NCBI GenBank assembly: GCA_026398435.1
Contig: JAPLSW010000057.1
Coordinates: 17,715-81,714, forward strand
Direction of reading: 5' to 3'
Length of the DNA stretch: 64,000 nt
From: Chlamydiota bacterium
GTDB taxonomy: Bacteria > Chlamydiota > Chlamydiia > Chlamydiales > Rhabdochlamydiaceae
A model generated the notes under the pieces. That model saw only the letters and a program-made list of their open reading frames with translations, was not told the origin of the DNA and did not search any database. A program made the position numbers and the translations under genes. Numbering within the stretch: the first letter of the stretch is position 1; each line of letters starts with the position of its first letter. Shown piece after piece: positions 49,596 through 57,600 of the stretch.

Positions 49596-49694
49596 CCGGT
49601 GCTGATACATGTGAATGTAATAAGAGAAGTCTTAGTAGAAACGCAATATTTCGCTCACACAGTAAATATGAGCGATTTCTTAAGCCCTGAATCT
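49596..49694 (+). repeat. ~100-bp direct repeat, left copy (R1)
   Basis: ccggtgctgatacatgtgaatgtaataag...atatttcgctcacacagtaaatatgagcgatttcttaagcc... aligns with 52495-52594 with about 13 mismatches. Confidence 0.85.
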
Positions 49695-49699
49695 ACTCT

Positions 49700-49960
49700 A
49701 TAGCTGTTGATAGCCTAAAAAATATCGCGCTATTACCACAGGAAGTGAAGCAAGTCGAATTATGCCTTAACAATAGACATAGAATAGCACTTTGCTATCA
49801 ATTACTCCGGCCTAAATGCTCAGCTTTTCACATGCGTACAAGTCACCGTGCACTAGAAGTTATTTAAAGAAATTCGTTTATTCTTCCTGCGCATTTCGCA
49901 GTTTAAAGAGCGAATTATGAAAACGCAATCCCTTGATTTTTAGTACTTTTCTCAACTATA
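49700..49960 (+). pseudogene. Decayed duplicate of the valS 3' end and its terminator
   Basis: 49700-49755 aligns with valS 49241-49296 (ATAG..TTGATAGCCTAAAAA.TATCG.GC.A.TACC.CAGGAA.TGAA). 49913-49960 aligns with the terminator and trailer at 49497-49543. Confidence 0.5.
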
Positions 49961-50001
49961 AAACAACCTTTATAATAAAGTATTTTTTATTCTCGCTCAA
50001 T

Positions 50002-50017
50002 TACTACGATTGTAGTA
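50002..50017. promoter_or_regulatory. Operator-like palindrome O1 upstream of the blaI-like gene
   Basis: TACTACGATTGTAGTA, 29 nt upstream of ATG 50046. It contains a TACGnnTGTA core (cop-box / BlaI-box-like). Confidence 0.6.
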
Positions 50018-50045
50018 TTATAGCTATAAATTAGGAGAAACACCC

Positions 50046-50423
50046 ATGTCAAAAAGAGCTTTCGGCGAACTAGAACTTGCCATATTACAGATCTTAAAAA
50101 GTGGAGAACGGAAGTCTGTTTCCGACGTACATAAAGCCCTCGGAGGAGAAGACAAATACACCTCGATTTTAACCGTGCTAAATAGGCTGGTTTTAAAAAA
50201 GCAGCTTCATTCAGAACGTGAAGGGATGAAAAACAGCTACTGGATCCAAGAGTCTAAAACCCAGATCCCCTCTTTTTTAGACCAGTTTAAAAAGAAGATA
50301 TTTGGCGTAAAAACAACATCTCTTGTTAGTTACTTGATTAATTCAGCGGAAGATCTCTCCGATGAAGATTTAAACGAGATGCAAACGATGATAGAAACAG
50401 CTAAAGCCCAAAGAAAAAAATAA
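50046..50423 (+). CDS. BlaI/MecI/CopY-family winged-helix repressor
   Basis: ELELAILQILKSGE.SV.DVHKAL......YTSILTVLNRLVLKKQL.SEREG....Y is the family pattern. There is no C-terminal Cys metal-binding motif. Confidence 0.8.
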   Translation: MSKRAFGELELAILQILKSGERKSVSDVHKALGGEDKYTSILTVLNRLVLKKQLHSEREGMKNSYWIQESKTQIPSFLDQFKKKIFGVKTTSLVSYLINSAEDLSDEDLNEMQTMIETAKAQRKK

Positions 50424-51454
50424 TGACAGAAAGTTTACTACTCATACAAACTTTGCAATTCATTCTGAGCAGCCTTGTGGTCTTTGTCTCAACGGCTTTG
50501 CTCGTAGAGATAAGCATTTTTCTTTTTAAAATTAAAAATAACAGAATACGCACTCTTTTTAGATACGTCCCAATAGTAAAACTCCCTTTTGACCTTATTC
50601 TTTATATATTATCTGCCTGCGCTCACTTTACAAATTTCAATCCATTAAGCTGTCAATCTTATGTAGAAAACATGATTGTGCGTATTTTTCATCTCGATGT
50701 ACAAGTAACCGGGTCGATCTACACAACGCACCCCTTTGCAGAATATCTCTCCAAACACCTTCCAATGCTAGGGCTGCAGATTACAGCTGTGGCAATCGGC
50801 TCGGTGTTGCTTGGCATGATCATCCATAAATTTATTGTCGTGATTAAGTCTTTTACCAAATTGCAAAGCATCTGCGTAGCATCCATTCCCTCTATAAGAA
50901 GAGTAACTAATGAAAGACTTAAGGATCGGCTTTTTAAAAAAAAAGTCACAGTATGTATTTCTAACGAGGTAGTAGTTCCAACTGCTGCGCTTAAGAATTA
51001 TATCTTATTTCCTCAAGAGCAGTATGACACCCTTTCACAAAAAGAATTCGAAGCAATCATAGCTCACGAACTTGAGCATTTATGCTGGCATGATCCTATT
51101 CTTAAGTTTACCTCATCACTAATAGGATCTTTCTTTTGGTGGCTGCCAACGAAGCGCTGGATAAATAAAATTGAAGAAGAACAAGAATATTCAAGCGATG
51201 CAAGCATCTCTCAATATGGACTTGAAAATCACGATCTGGCCTCTGCTGTACTGAAAATCTCTCAAACTATTCACAATAAAAAACAAATGAGCGGACCTCT
51301 TTGTTATCTCACCCATAGCAAACCATTTACTGTACGAAGACTTGAGGAGTTGTTAAATATAAAGCCTGCTCCTCCTCTTAAATTTTATGTAAAACGCAGC
51401 ATTATAGCTGCAACTCTTAGCATAATCCTGCTGATTATATTTAGGATTTGCTGA
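50423..51454 (+). CDS. BlaR1-like M56 membrane metalloprotease without a C-terminal sensor domain
   Basis: Multiple TM helices and the zinc motif AHELEHLCWHD. At 343 aa there is no penicillin-binding-type domain. The start overlaps the blaI-like stop. Confidence 0.75.
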   Translation: MTESLLLIQTLQFILSSLVVFVSTALLVEISIFLFKIKNNRIRTLFRYVPIVKLPFDLILYILSACAHFTNFNPLSCQSYVENMIVRIFHLDVQVTGSIYTTHPFAEYLSKHLPMLGLQITAVAIGSVLLGMIIHKFIVVIKSFTKLQSICVASIPSIRRVTNERLKDRLFKKKVTVCISNEVVVPTAALKNYILFPQEQYDTLSQKEFEAIIAHELEHLCWHDPILKFTSSLIGSFFWWLPTKRWINKIEEEQEYSSDASISQYGLENHDLASAVLKISQTIHNKKQMSGPLCYLTHSKPFTVRRLEELLNIKPAPPLKFYVKRSIIAATLSIILLIIFRIC

Positions 51455-51479
51455 TGAGCTAACCCCTTTTTTATAACAA

Positions 51480-51499
51480 GCTACTACGATCGTAGTAGC
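51480..51499. promoter_or_regulatory. Operator-like palindrome O2 (20-bp perfect)
   Basis: GCTACTACGATCGTAGTAGC, 26 nt after the blaR-like stop. Confidence 0.6.
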
Positions 51500-51561
51500 A
51501 AATAAACCCTCTCTTAATAGCTGTCTTACAGATAGCTAAAGAGAACCCTTACGCCCAAAAA

Positions 51562-51577
51562 TACTACAATTGTAGTA
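51562..51577. promoter_or_regulatory. Operator-like palindrome O3 upstream of the orphan 286-aa gene
   Basis: TACTACAATTGTAGTA contains a perfect TACAnnTGTA core. It lies 19 nt upstream of ATG 51596, with AGGAG in between. Confidence 0.6.
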
Positions 51578-51595
51578 ATAACTACAGGAGATACT

Positions 51596-52456
51596 ATGTC
51601 AGTAGCAAGCACAATAAGAACGTCGGGTTCCGCAGCTGGAATGCCTGAGGCCCACTACACTTCTGATTTAAGTGCAGCCACAAGCATGCTGCCAACTCTT
51701 ACAGAAGCCGTTGTAAAAAGCCTGCTTAATGTAAATCGAGGAGAACCTGGAGCTAACATGACAACAATTGGCCTTGTAATGGCTGTGACAAATAAAGAAG
51801 CCTATATACTCAAAGGTGGTAAATTAGATGCTACAGAAGGTAGAACTACATTCTCCATAGATCTTGAGACAAAGGCTAGTGATCTCTCTAGAATAATAGA
51901 GAGTCCTCCATATTTAGAAATTGAAGCTACATGGGATGATAAAACACTTAGCTCTGGCTCTGGCAGTAATATCCTAGGCGATAACGGCAGATTGATTTTA
52001 GAACATTCTTTGATAGAAATCCCCGCAGTTGAAGCTACAGATGCCCTGCTTGGCTATTATGGAGCGACCTTAATCGAAGAGGGTGACCTCATTGAGTTTC
52101 CAGATAATGAATTCCCTCTTTTTTTTATGGAAGTAGGAGAACGGTATGTTGAAGATACTCTTATGACAGATGCTGGAGGAGGATTTTATTTAGAATACCA
52201 TCATGACAAGCCTCACTTCCATCTTCCCTTAGCAGGAAGTGGACATTATCGCATACCTGATGGGAAAGCTGTTTATACTAAAAAAGGAGCTATCCATTGC
52301 GATGCAGGATTAAAAGGAAAACTTCTCGTAGGCTACACCCTGGCCGAAGATTGTTCTACCGTATTGCTGCAAAATAAAACCAGTAAAAGAGTTGAGGTGA
52401 GGTTTATAGAACCTGCAAAAGCGGCAGGATTCCCTCTCGGGGCTGTTAAAGCATAA
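51596..52456 (+). CDS. Hypothetical 286-aa protein, likely target of the BlaI-like repressor
   Basis: Good RBS (AGGAG 5 nt upstream) and coding-like composition. No signal peptide or TM segment. His-rich patch YHHDKPHFHLPLAGSGHY. Confidence 0.6.
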   Translation: MSVASTIRTSGSAAGMPEAHYTSDLSAATSMLPTLTEAVVKSLLNVNRGEPGANMTTIGLVMAVTNKEAYILKGGKLDATEGRTTFSIDLETKASDLSRIIESPPYLEIEATWDDKTLSSGSGSNILGDNGRLILEHSLIEIPAVEATDALLGYYGATLIEEGDLIEFPDNEFPLFFMEVGERYVEDTLMTDAGGGFYLEYHHDKPHFHLPLAGSGHYRIPDGKAVYTKKGAIHCDAGLKGKLLVGYTLAEDCSTVLLQNKTSKRVEVRFIEPAKAAGFPLGAVKA

Positions 52457-52494
52457 GTAAGAGTTTTTAAATTCCAAAGAACTTTTATTATAGA

Positions 52495-52594
52495 CCGGTG
52501 CTAATCCATGTGAATGTACTAAGTGAAGCTTTAGAAGAAACTCAATATTTCGCTCATACCATAAATATGAGCGATTTCTTGAGCCAAGAATCCT
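52495..52594 (+). repeat. ~100-bp direct repeat, right copy (R2)
   Basis: Aligns with 49596-49694. It shares the internal hairpin TCGCTCA-n11-TGAGCGA, with a different loop. Confidence 0.85.
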
Positions 52595-52598
52595 GAAC

Positions 52599-53252
52599 CT
52601 AAGAATGCCCAGCACAGCGAATTAGCATCCCCTCTAATTCGCTATAAGCTGCAGGAGTTAGAACTGGCTTTGCTTTTTTGAGAAAATCAAAAGCCCGATT
52701 AAGAGAGCTCCAAGCAATATCCTCATATTCTTTAAATTTTGCTGAGTCCTTAGGATAACTTTCTGATAAACGAAGTACTTGCTCGAAAATTTCACATTCA
52801 ACTGCAATTCTCACACTTGGAATGCTTATTATACTAACCTTAACCAGAGCCGCAATAACTCTTCCTTCTGCTAAATCAGCACTTACCTGACGAGAATAAT
52901 TTAACGCATGAAGCTCTTCATGCTCAGAAGAACTACCATCCAAACGATCTTCTTCTGCAATATATTGTAATAACACAGGAGAGGGAGATCTTGGAACGGG
53001 ACATGAAGAGAATTCTACAGCAGAATCTCTATGTCTTGATGGAGATACTGATATAAATCTATCTGTTAAAGCAACCAGGGAACTGGAACTATCACTCGAG
53101 GCACCGTGTAACATACTGGTTGCCGCCCCCTTAAAAGGGGGAATTTCTCGTAAGAAGGACATAGGATCCTTTGTGGATGGAGCCGTATTTTTTTGTACTG
53201 CCTCTACCGGAATTAAACTGCCGCCCTTTTTTGAAATCACAGAAAAGCTCAT
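52599..53252 (-). CDS. Hypothetical protein (orphan, candidate effector)
   Basis: 217-aa ORF with an AT-rich upstream region, a Ser-rich N-terminal half and a helical C-terminal half. Confidence 0.5.
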   Translation of the reverse strand: MSFSVISKKGGSLIPVEAVQKNTAPSTKDPMSFLREIPPFKGAATSMLHGASSDSSSSLVALTDRFISVSPSRHRDSAVEFSSCPVPRSPSPVLLQYIAEEDRLDGSSSEHEELHALNYSRQVSADLAEGRVIAALVKVSIISIPSVRIAVECEIFEQVLRLSESYPKDSAKFKEYEDIAWSSLNRAFDFLKKAKPVLTPAAYSELEGMLIRCAGHS

Positions 53253-53326
53253 ATTCCCTCATTAATAAAATAATTTGAGAAACATTGTATTAAAATACAG
53301 ATATTAGCATCAATAATTAAAATAAA

Positions 53327-54733
53327 TCACATAACACTTTTAACTTTAGATGCTCTTTTAAAAGCCTTTTCCCTTTCAACTAAAGCAAAAAACTCTTTAG
53401 ATTCACGTACAACAAGGGAAGAAAGAGCAAATAGAGCTATGAGGTTAGGAAGGGCCATTAGGCCATTCATAATATCTGCTAGTGGCCAAACTATATCAAA
53501 GCTCATCACTGCACCAAAAAAAACGACAGCGCAGAAGACAAGGCGATACAAAAGCAGCACCCTACCACCGGCAATAAACTCGATACATTTTTCTCCATAG
53601 TAGGCCCAGCCGACAATCGTTGAATATCCAAAGAGAATAATCCCTATAGCGACAATTGCATCCCCTTGGGGAATCACACTTTTAAAAGCATGCATCACAA
53701 GAGTTGATCCATTTAACGGTATGTCAGTAAGTCCTGTAGCTCCCATGACTCCTGTAACACCGATTACAAGGGCTGTGATCGAACAAACCACAAGGCTTGA
53801 TAAGAACACCCCTGTCATCGAGATGAGGGCTTGCCTGCCTGGCACATCGGTTTTTGCAGCGGCAGCGGCTATCGGCGCGCTACCAAGACCCGCTTCATTA
53901 GATGATACTCCCCTTGCAACTCCCATCTGGATAGCTGCCATGACTCCAGCGCCAAGAAAGCCGCCGACAGCGGCTTGCCCTGTAAAAGCGCAGGCTACGA
54001 TCTGGTACAGGCAAGAAGGAATTAAAGAGGCTTTTAGCGTAAGGATAATAAGTCCGCCCACTACATAGAGTATAGCCATAACAGGAACAAGATAAGAACT
54101 GACCTTGCCGATACTTTTAATGCCTCCAAGAACAATGGAGGCTGTGAGGATTGCGAAAAACAAACCCGACCAAGCAGTAGATAGACCTGTAAGGTCTTTA
54201 AGGGCTAAAGCAATCGAATTGGCTTGGATGATATTGCCACCTGCAAAGCTGGAAAGAGCTCCAAATATAGCAAAGGCAATGGCGAGAGACTTCCATTTAA
54301 GACCGGCATTTATATAGTACATCGGTCCGCCACACATCCGCCCTTTGTCATCTACCTTTCTAAATTTAACAGCGAGTATCGCCTCTGCATATTTTGTAGC
54401 CATTCCAATGAGTGCTATCACCCACATCCAAAAAATAGCCCCAAAGCCGCCCGACATGATGGCAGTGGCAACTCCTGCAATACTTCCAATTCCAATTGTT
54501 GCAGAAAGGGATGTCATGAGCGATTGAAACTGGCTGATATCCCCTTCTGCATCATCATCACTTCTGGTAAAAGCCAGATGCAAAGAATAAGCAAGGTAGC
54601 GGAATTGCATCCCTTTAAGGCGGATGGTAAGAAGCAGTCCTACAAAAACCAAGAAAAAAGCGAGGAAGTTCCCCCATAGCAAGCTATCAATTCGGTTAAG
54701 CCAAAAAACGATTCTATCGAGTGTGAGTTCCAT
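53327..54733 (-). CDS. Alanine/glycine:cation (Na+) symporter, AGCS family
   Basis: About 11 TM helices and the blocks ...QFQSLMTSLSATIGIGSIAGVATAI..GG.GA.FWMW....GMATKYAE..L..KFR. Confidence 0.85.
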   Translation of the reverse strand: MELTLDRIVFWLNRIDSLLWGNFLAFFLVFVGLLLTIRLKGMQFRYLAYSLHLAFTRSDDDAEGDISQFQSLMTSLSATIGIGSIAGVATAIMSGGFGAIFWMWVIALIGMATKYAEAILAVKFRKVDDKGRMCGGPMYYINAGLKWKSLAIAFAIFGALSSFAGGNIIQANSIALALKDLTGLSTAWSGLFFAILTASIVLGGIKSIGKVSSYLVPVMAILYVVGGLIILTLKASLIPSCLYQIVACAFTGQAAVGGFLGAGVMAAIQMGVARGVSSNEAGLGSAPIAAAAAKTDVPGRQALISMTGVFLSSLVVCSITALVIGVTGVMGATGLTDIPLNGSTLVMHAFKSVIPQGDAIVAIGIILFGYSTIVGWAYYGEKCIEFIAGGRVLLLYRLVFCAVVFFGAVMSFDIVWPLADIMNGLMALPNLIALFALSSLVVRESKEFFALVEREKAFKRASKVKSVM

Positions 54734-54850
54734 AAAAAGTGAGTCCGCAGTGAAAATGAAGGTCCCAGTTTATGCGGATAGACTTCCTGTATCAAGCTAT
54801 TTCTACTCTTAATAAATAGTAAGCACGGAAAGTTATTTTAGGAAAATGTC

Positions 54851-55543
54851 CTATTCAGAGGTATCTGTATCAGTGGAATCTTCACTATCAGAGCTCGATC
54901 CATCATCAGATGCAGGAGTTTCCTCTTTTTGAGAATCCTCAGAATAGGGTCCGTCTTCTTCTACTAAGGGAACAGCCCAGGTAGTCTCTTCGGGATCCCC
55001 ACTATCCTCATCTTCAGTCTCCTCCCCTTTTTGGGAATCATCAGAATAAGGCCCATCTTCTTCTACTAAGGGAACAGAGGCTTCTGTTTGAGGGTCATCA
55101 TTAAGGGAGATCAAATTTGCCCATAGCTGATGCTTCCAGCTCTTATAAAGAGTCCCATCATCTAGGCGAATGTCCGCGCTATAGGTGATGATCCCCTTGG
55201 TGAGGGCAAATTCATCATTGAGGTCCTTATAGGTGACATATCCCATTTTTTTTCGTATCGGATACTGAAAAGACTTTTCCGTATAGTTACCATAGACCAC
55301 ATGGAGGTCAATCACTGGATTTTTGGCTAAAAGCTCTTTAGGGATTCTCCAGTCCATGACGATCATCTCCCCAAAGGGGGGATTCTGCTGCCTTTTATCC
55401 GGGGTAGCAGCCGTAATACTTGCTAGGTAATTTACGTTTATGTCTTGCTCTGTAAGTGACAAATAATATTTTTCGCAGCCAGGTAGGAGCGTTAAAGCTA
55501 AAAAGCAAAGGACAGAAATGGTTTTTTTTCTAGGTGTTCTCAT
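54851..55543 (-). CDS. Lipoprotein with acidic repeat tail
   Basis: Start moved to ATG 55543 (MRTPRKKTISVLCFLALTLLPGC, lipobox LLPGC). The C-terminus has two copies of VPLVEEDGPYS[DE]DSQK. Confidence 0.6.
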   Translation of the reverse strand: MRTPRKKTISVLCFLALTLLPGCEKYYLSLTEQDINVNYLASITAATPDKRQQNPPFGEMIVMDWRIPKELLAKNPVIDLHVVYGNYTEKSFQYPIRKKMGYVTYKDLNDEFALTKGIITYSADIRLDDGTLYKSWKHQLWANLISLNDDPQTEASVPLVEEDGPYSDDSQKGEETEDEDSGDPEETTWAVPLVEEDGPYSEDSQKEETPASDDGSSSDSEDSTDTDTSE

Positions 55544-55617
55544 GATAAATAGATTATACTTTAGAGCCAATTTTGACGCTAAAAATTTCACTTTGCCAAA
55601 GAAAAAAAAGGGTATTT

Positions 55618-56130
55618 ATGTCCTCTTTAAAGCCTGCAGTCTATGGAATTATCTTTAGTAAAGACCGGGAAACCGTCCTTCTTATAAAGCGAAGGGACGT
55701 TCCCGTTTGGGTTCTTCCCGGTGGAGGGATAGATCCTGGAGAAACCCCAGAAATTGCTGTAGTCAGGGAAATGAAAGAGGAAACGGGATATACGGTGAGG
55801 ATCGTTCGGCAGATAGCAGAGTACCTACCCGTCAACAAACTCACTCAAGTGTCATTTTTTTACGAATGTGCAATACTTGCTGGAGAGAAAAAAACTGGCG
55901 AAGAAACAAAAGACATCCGCTTTTTCCCTGTAGAGAAATTACCTAAAGAGATGCCTCCACCGTTTGGAGATTGGATAGAAGATGCCCTCTTGGGTCAAAT
56001 GGAGATCATCCGAAAAGAAATTCGGGGTGTTACCTACTGGGTGCTAATTAAGCTCCTTTTGCAGCATCCCCTTCTTGTTGGAAGGTTTCTTCTTACAAAA
56101 ATTGGGATCACAATCAATTCGAAGGACTAA
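55618..56130 (+). CDS. Nudix hydrolase
   Basis: Nudix box [24 protein letters not shown]. Start moved to ATG 55618 ([10 protein letters not shown]...). Confidence 0.75.
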   Translation: MSSLKPAVYGIIFSKDRETVLLIKRRDVPVWVLPGGGIDPGETPEIAVVREMKEETGYTVRIVRQIAEYLPVNKLTQVSFFYECAILAGEKKTGEETKDIRFFPVEKLPKEMPPPFGDWIEDALLGQMEIIRKEIRGVTYWVLIKLLLQHPLLVGRFLLTKIGITINSKD

Positions 56131-57526
56131 TCATCTTCGATGGATCGATAGATGCATCGAACTGCTCTGCTGTTAAAACACCCATATCAACTGCCGCTTG
56201 CTTTAAGGTCTTATTTTCCTTAAAGGCCTTCTGCACGACTTTGGTAGCTTTATCATATCCTATCACAGGATTTAAAGCGGTTGCGAGCATTAGAGAGTTA
56301 TCGAGCAGCTCTTTTATTCTCGCGGTGTTCGCCTCAATACCAATAAGACACTTGTCATGGAAGTTTCTAGCGACATCTGCAAGTAGGGTGATCGACTGAA
56401 GAAGGTTATAGATCATAAGAGGCTTAAATACGTTAAGCTCAAAATTACCTTGAGACCCTGCAATGCCAATCACTGTGTCATTACCAATCACTTGGACCGC
56501 AACCATCGTCATAGCTTCACTTTGAGTGGGGTTAACTTTACCTGGCATAATAGATGAGCCCGGCTCATTATCGGGAATGAAGATCTCTCCAAGGCCGCAT
56601 CTAGGGCCGGAAGAGAGCCAGCGGATGTCATTGGCGATCTTCATAAAAGCGCAGGCCACTCTTTTTAAAGAGCCACTGACCTCAACTATGGCGTCATTAC
56701 AAGCAAGCGCTTCAAACTTATTTCTGGCTGTTACAAAGGGAAACTCAGTGATTGCACTAATCTCTGCAGCGACCATCTTGGCATAGTCGGGATGGGTATT
56801 GAGCCCTGTTCCGACAGCAGTTCCACCAAGAGCGAGCTCCGATAGAGGCCTCATCACCTTCTCAATTGCCTCTATTCCATGCTCTATCTGGGCTGCGTAG
56901 CCAGAGAACTCTTGGCCGAGCGTTAAAGGTGTTGCATCCATAAGGTGAGTTCTTCCGACTTTAATGATCTTCTCAAACTGCTTTACTTTTTTCTGGAAAC
57001 CGCTCAGCAAAAGCTTAAGACTTGGTAGGAGCTGATCTCTTAAAGCGAGCGCTGCAGCGATATGCATAGCGGTTGGGAATACGTCATTAGAAGATTGAGA
57101 CTTATTTACATCATCATTGGGGTGGATGGGCTTTTTGGAGCCCATCTCTCCCCCTAGAATTTCAATAGCTCTATTGCTGATTACTTCGTTAACATTCATG
57201 TTTGTCTGAGTACCAGAGCCCGTCTGCCAAACAACTAGATCGAAGTGATCGTTTAGTTTGCCCTCTAAAATCTCCTCACAAACTGCCGTAATAATGTCCC
57301 GTTTCTCTTTAGGAAGAAGTCCCAGCTGGCAATTGACCCGAGCCGCGGCTTTTTTTACAATGGCCAGAGCATAAATGATGGCAAGAGGCATTTTCTCCTG
57401 GCCAATGAGAAAGTTGTCTAAAGAACGCTGCGTTTGAGCCCCGTAGTATTTGTTTGAGGGAACAAACACCTCACCTAAACTATCAGTCTCTTTCCTCATC
57501 TGTATTTTAATGGCAGGCTCTTTCAT
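56114..57526 (-). CDS. fumC: Fumarate hydratase, class II
   Basis: DSLGEV.VP...[22 protein letters not shown](S)EA signature. The start may be the internal Met (MRKETDSLG). Confidence 0.9.
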   Translation of the reverse strand: MKEPAIKIQMRKETDSLGEVFVPSNKYYGAQTQRSLDNFLIGQEKMPLAIIYALAIVKKAAARVNCQLGLLPKEKRDIITAVCEEILEGKLNDHFDLVVWQTGSGTQTNMNVNEVISNRAIEILGGEMGSKKPIHPNDDVNKSQSSNDVFPTAMHIAAALALRDQLLPSLKLLLSGFQKKVKQFEKIIKVGRTHLMDATPLTLGQEFSGYAAQIEHGIEAIEKVMRPLSELALGGTAVGTGLNTHPDYAKMVAAEISAITEFPFVTARNKFEALACNDAIVEVSGSLKRVACAFMKIANDIRWLSSGPRCGLGEIFIPDNEPGSSIMPGKVNPTQSEAMTMVAVQVIGNDTVIGIAGSQGNFELNVFKPLMIYNLLQSITLLADVARNFHDKCLIGIEANTARIKELLDNSLMLATALNPVIGYDKATKVVQKAFKENKTLKQAAVDMGVLTAEQFDASIDPSKMISPSN

Positions 57527-57600
57527 GAAAACTCCCCTTTTAGCCTCATTCTAAGACTATAGCCATTTTCGTCACTAATTTTGATGAAAAATGCAACGGC

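Noticed and set aside
52310-52615. 101-aa minus-strand ORF spanning repeat R2 and the 3' end of the orphan gene
   Set aside because: It overlaps a better-supported plus-strand gene, and the remainder is the non-coding repeat. The frame is not conserved in the R1 copy.
53721-54679. Plus-strand ORFs (60-151 aa) opposite the alanine/Na+ symporter gene
   Set aside because: The minus-strand ORF is a full-length transporter with about 11 TM helices. The plus-strand frames are Pro/Ala/Arg-rich mirror artefacts.
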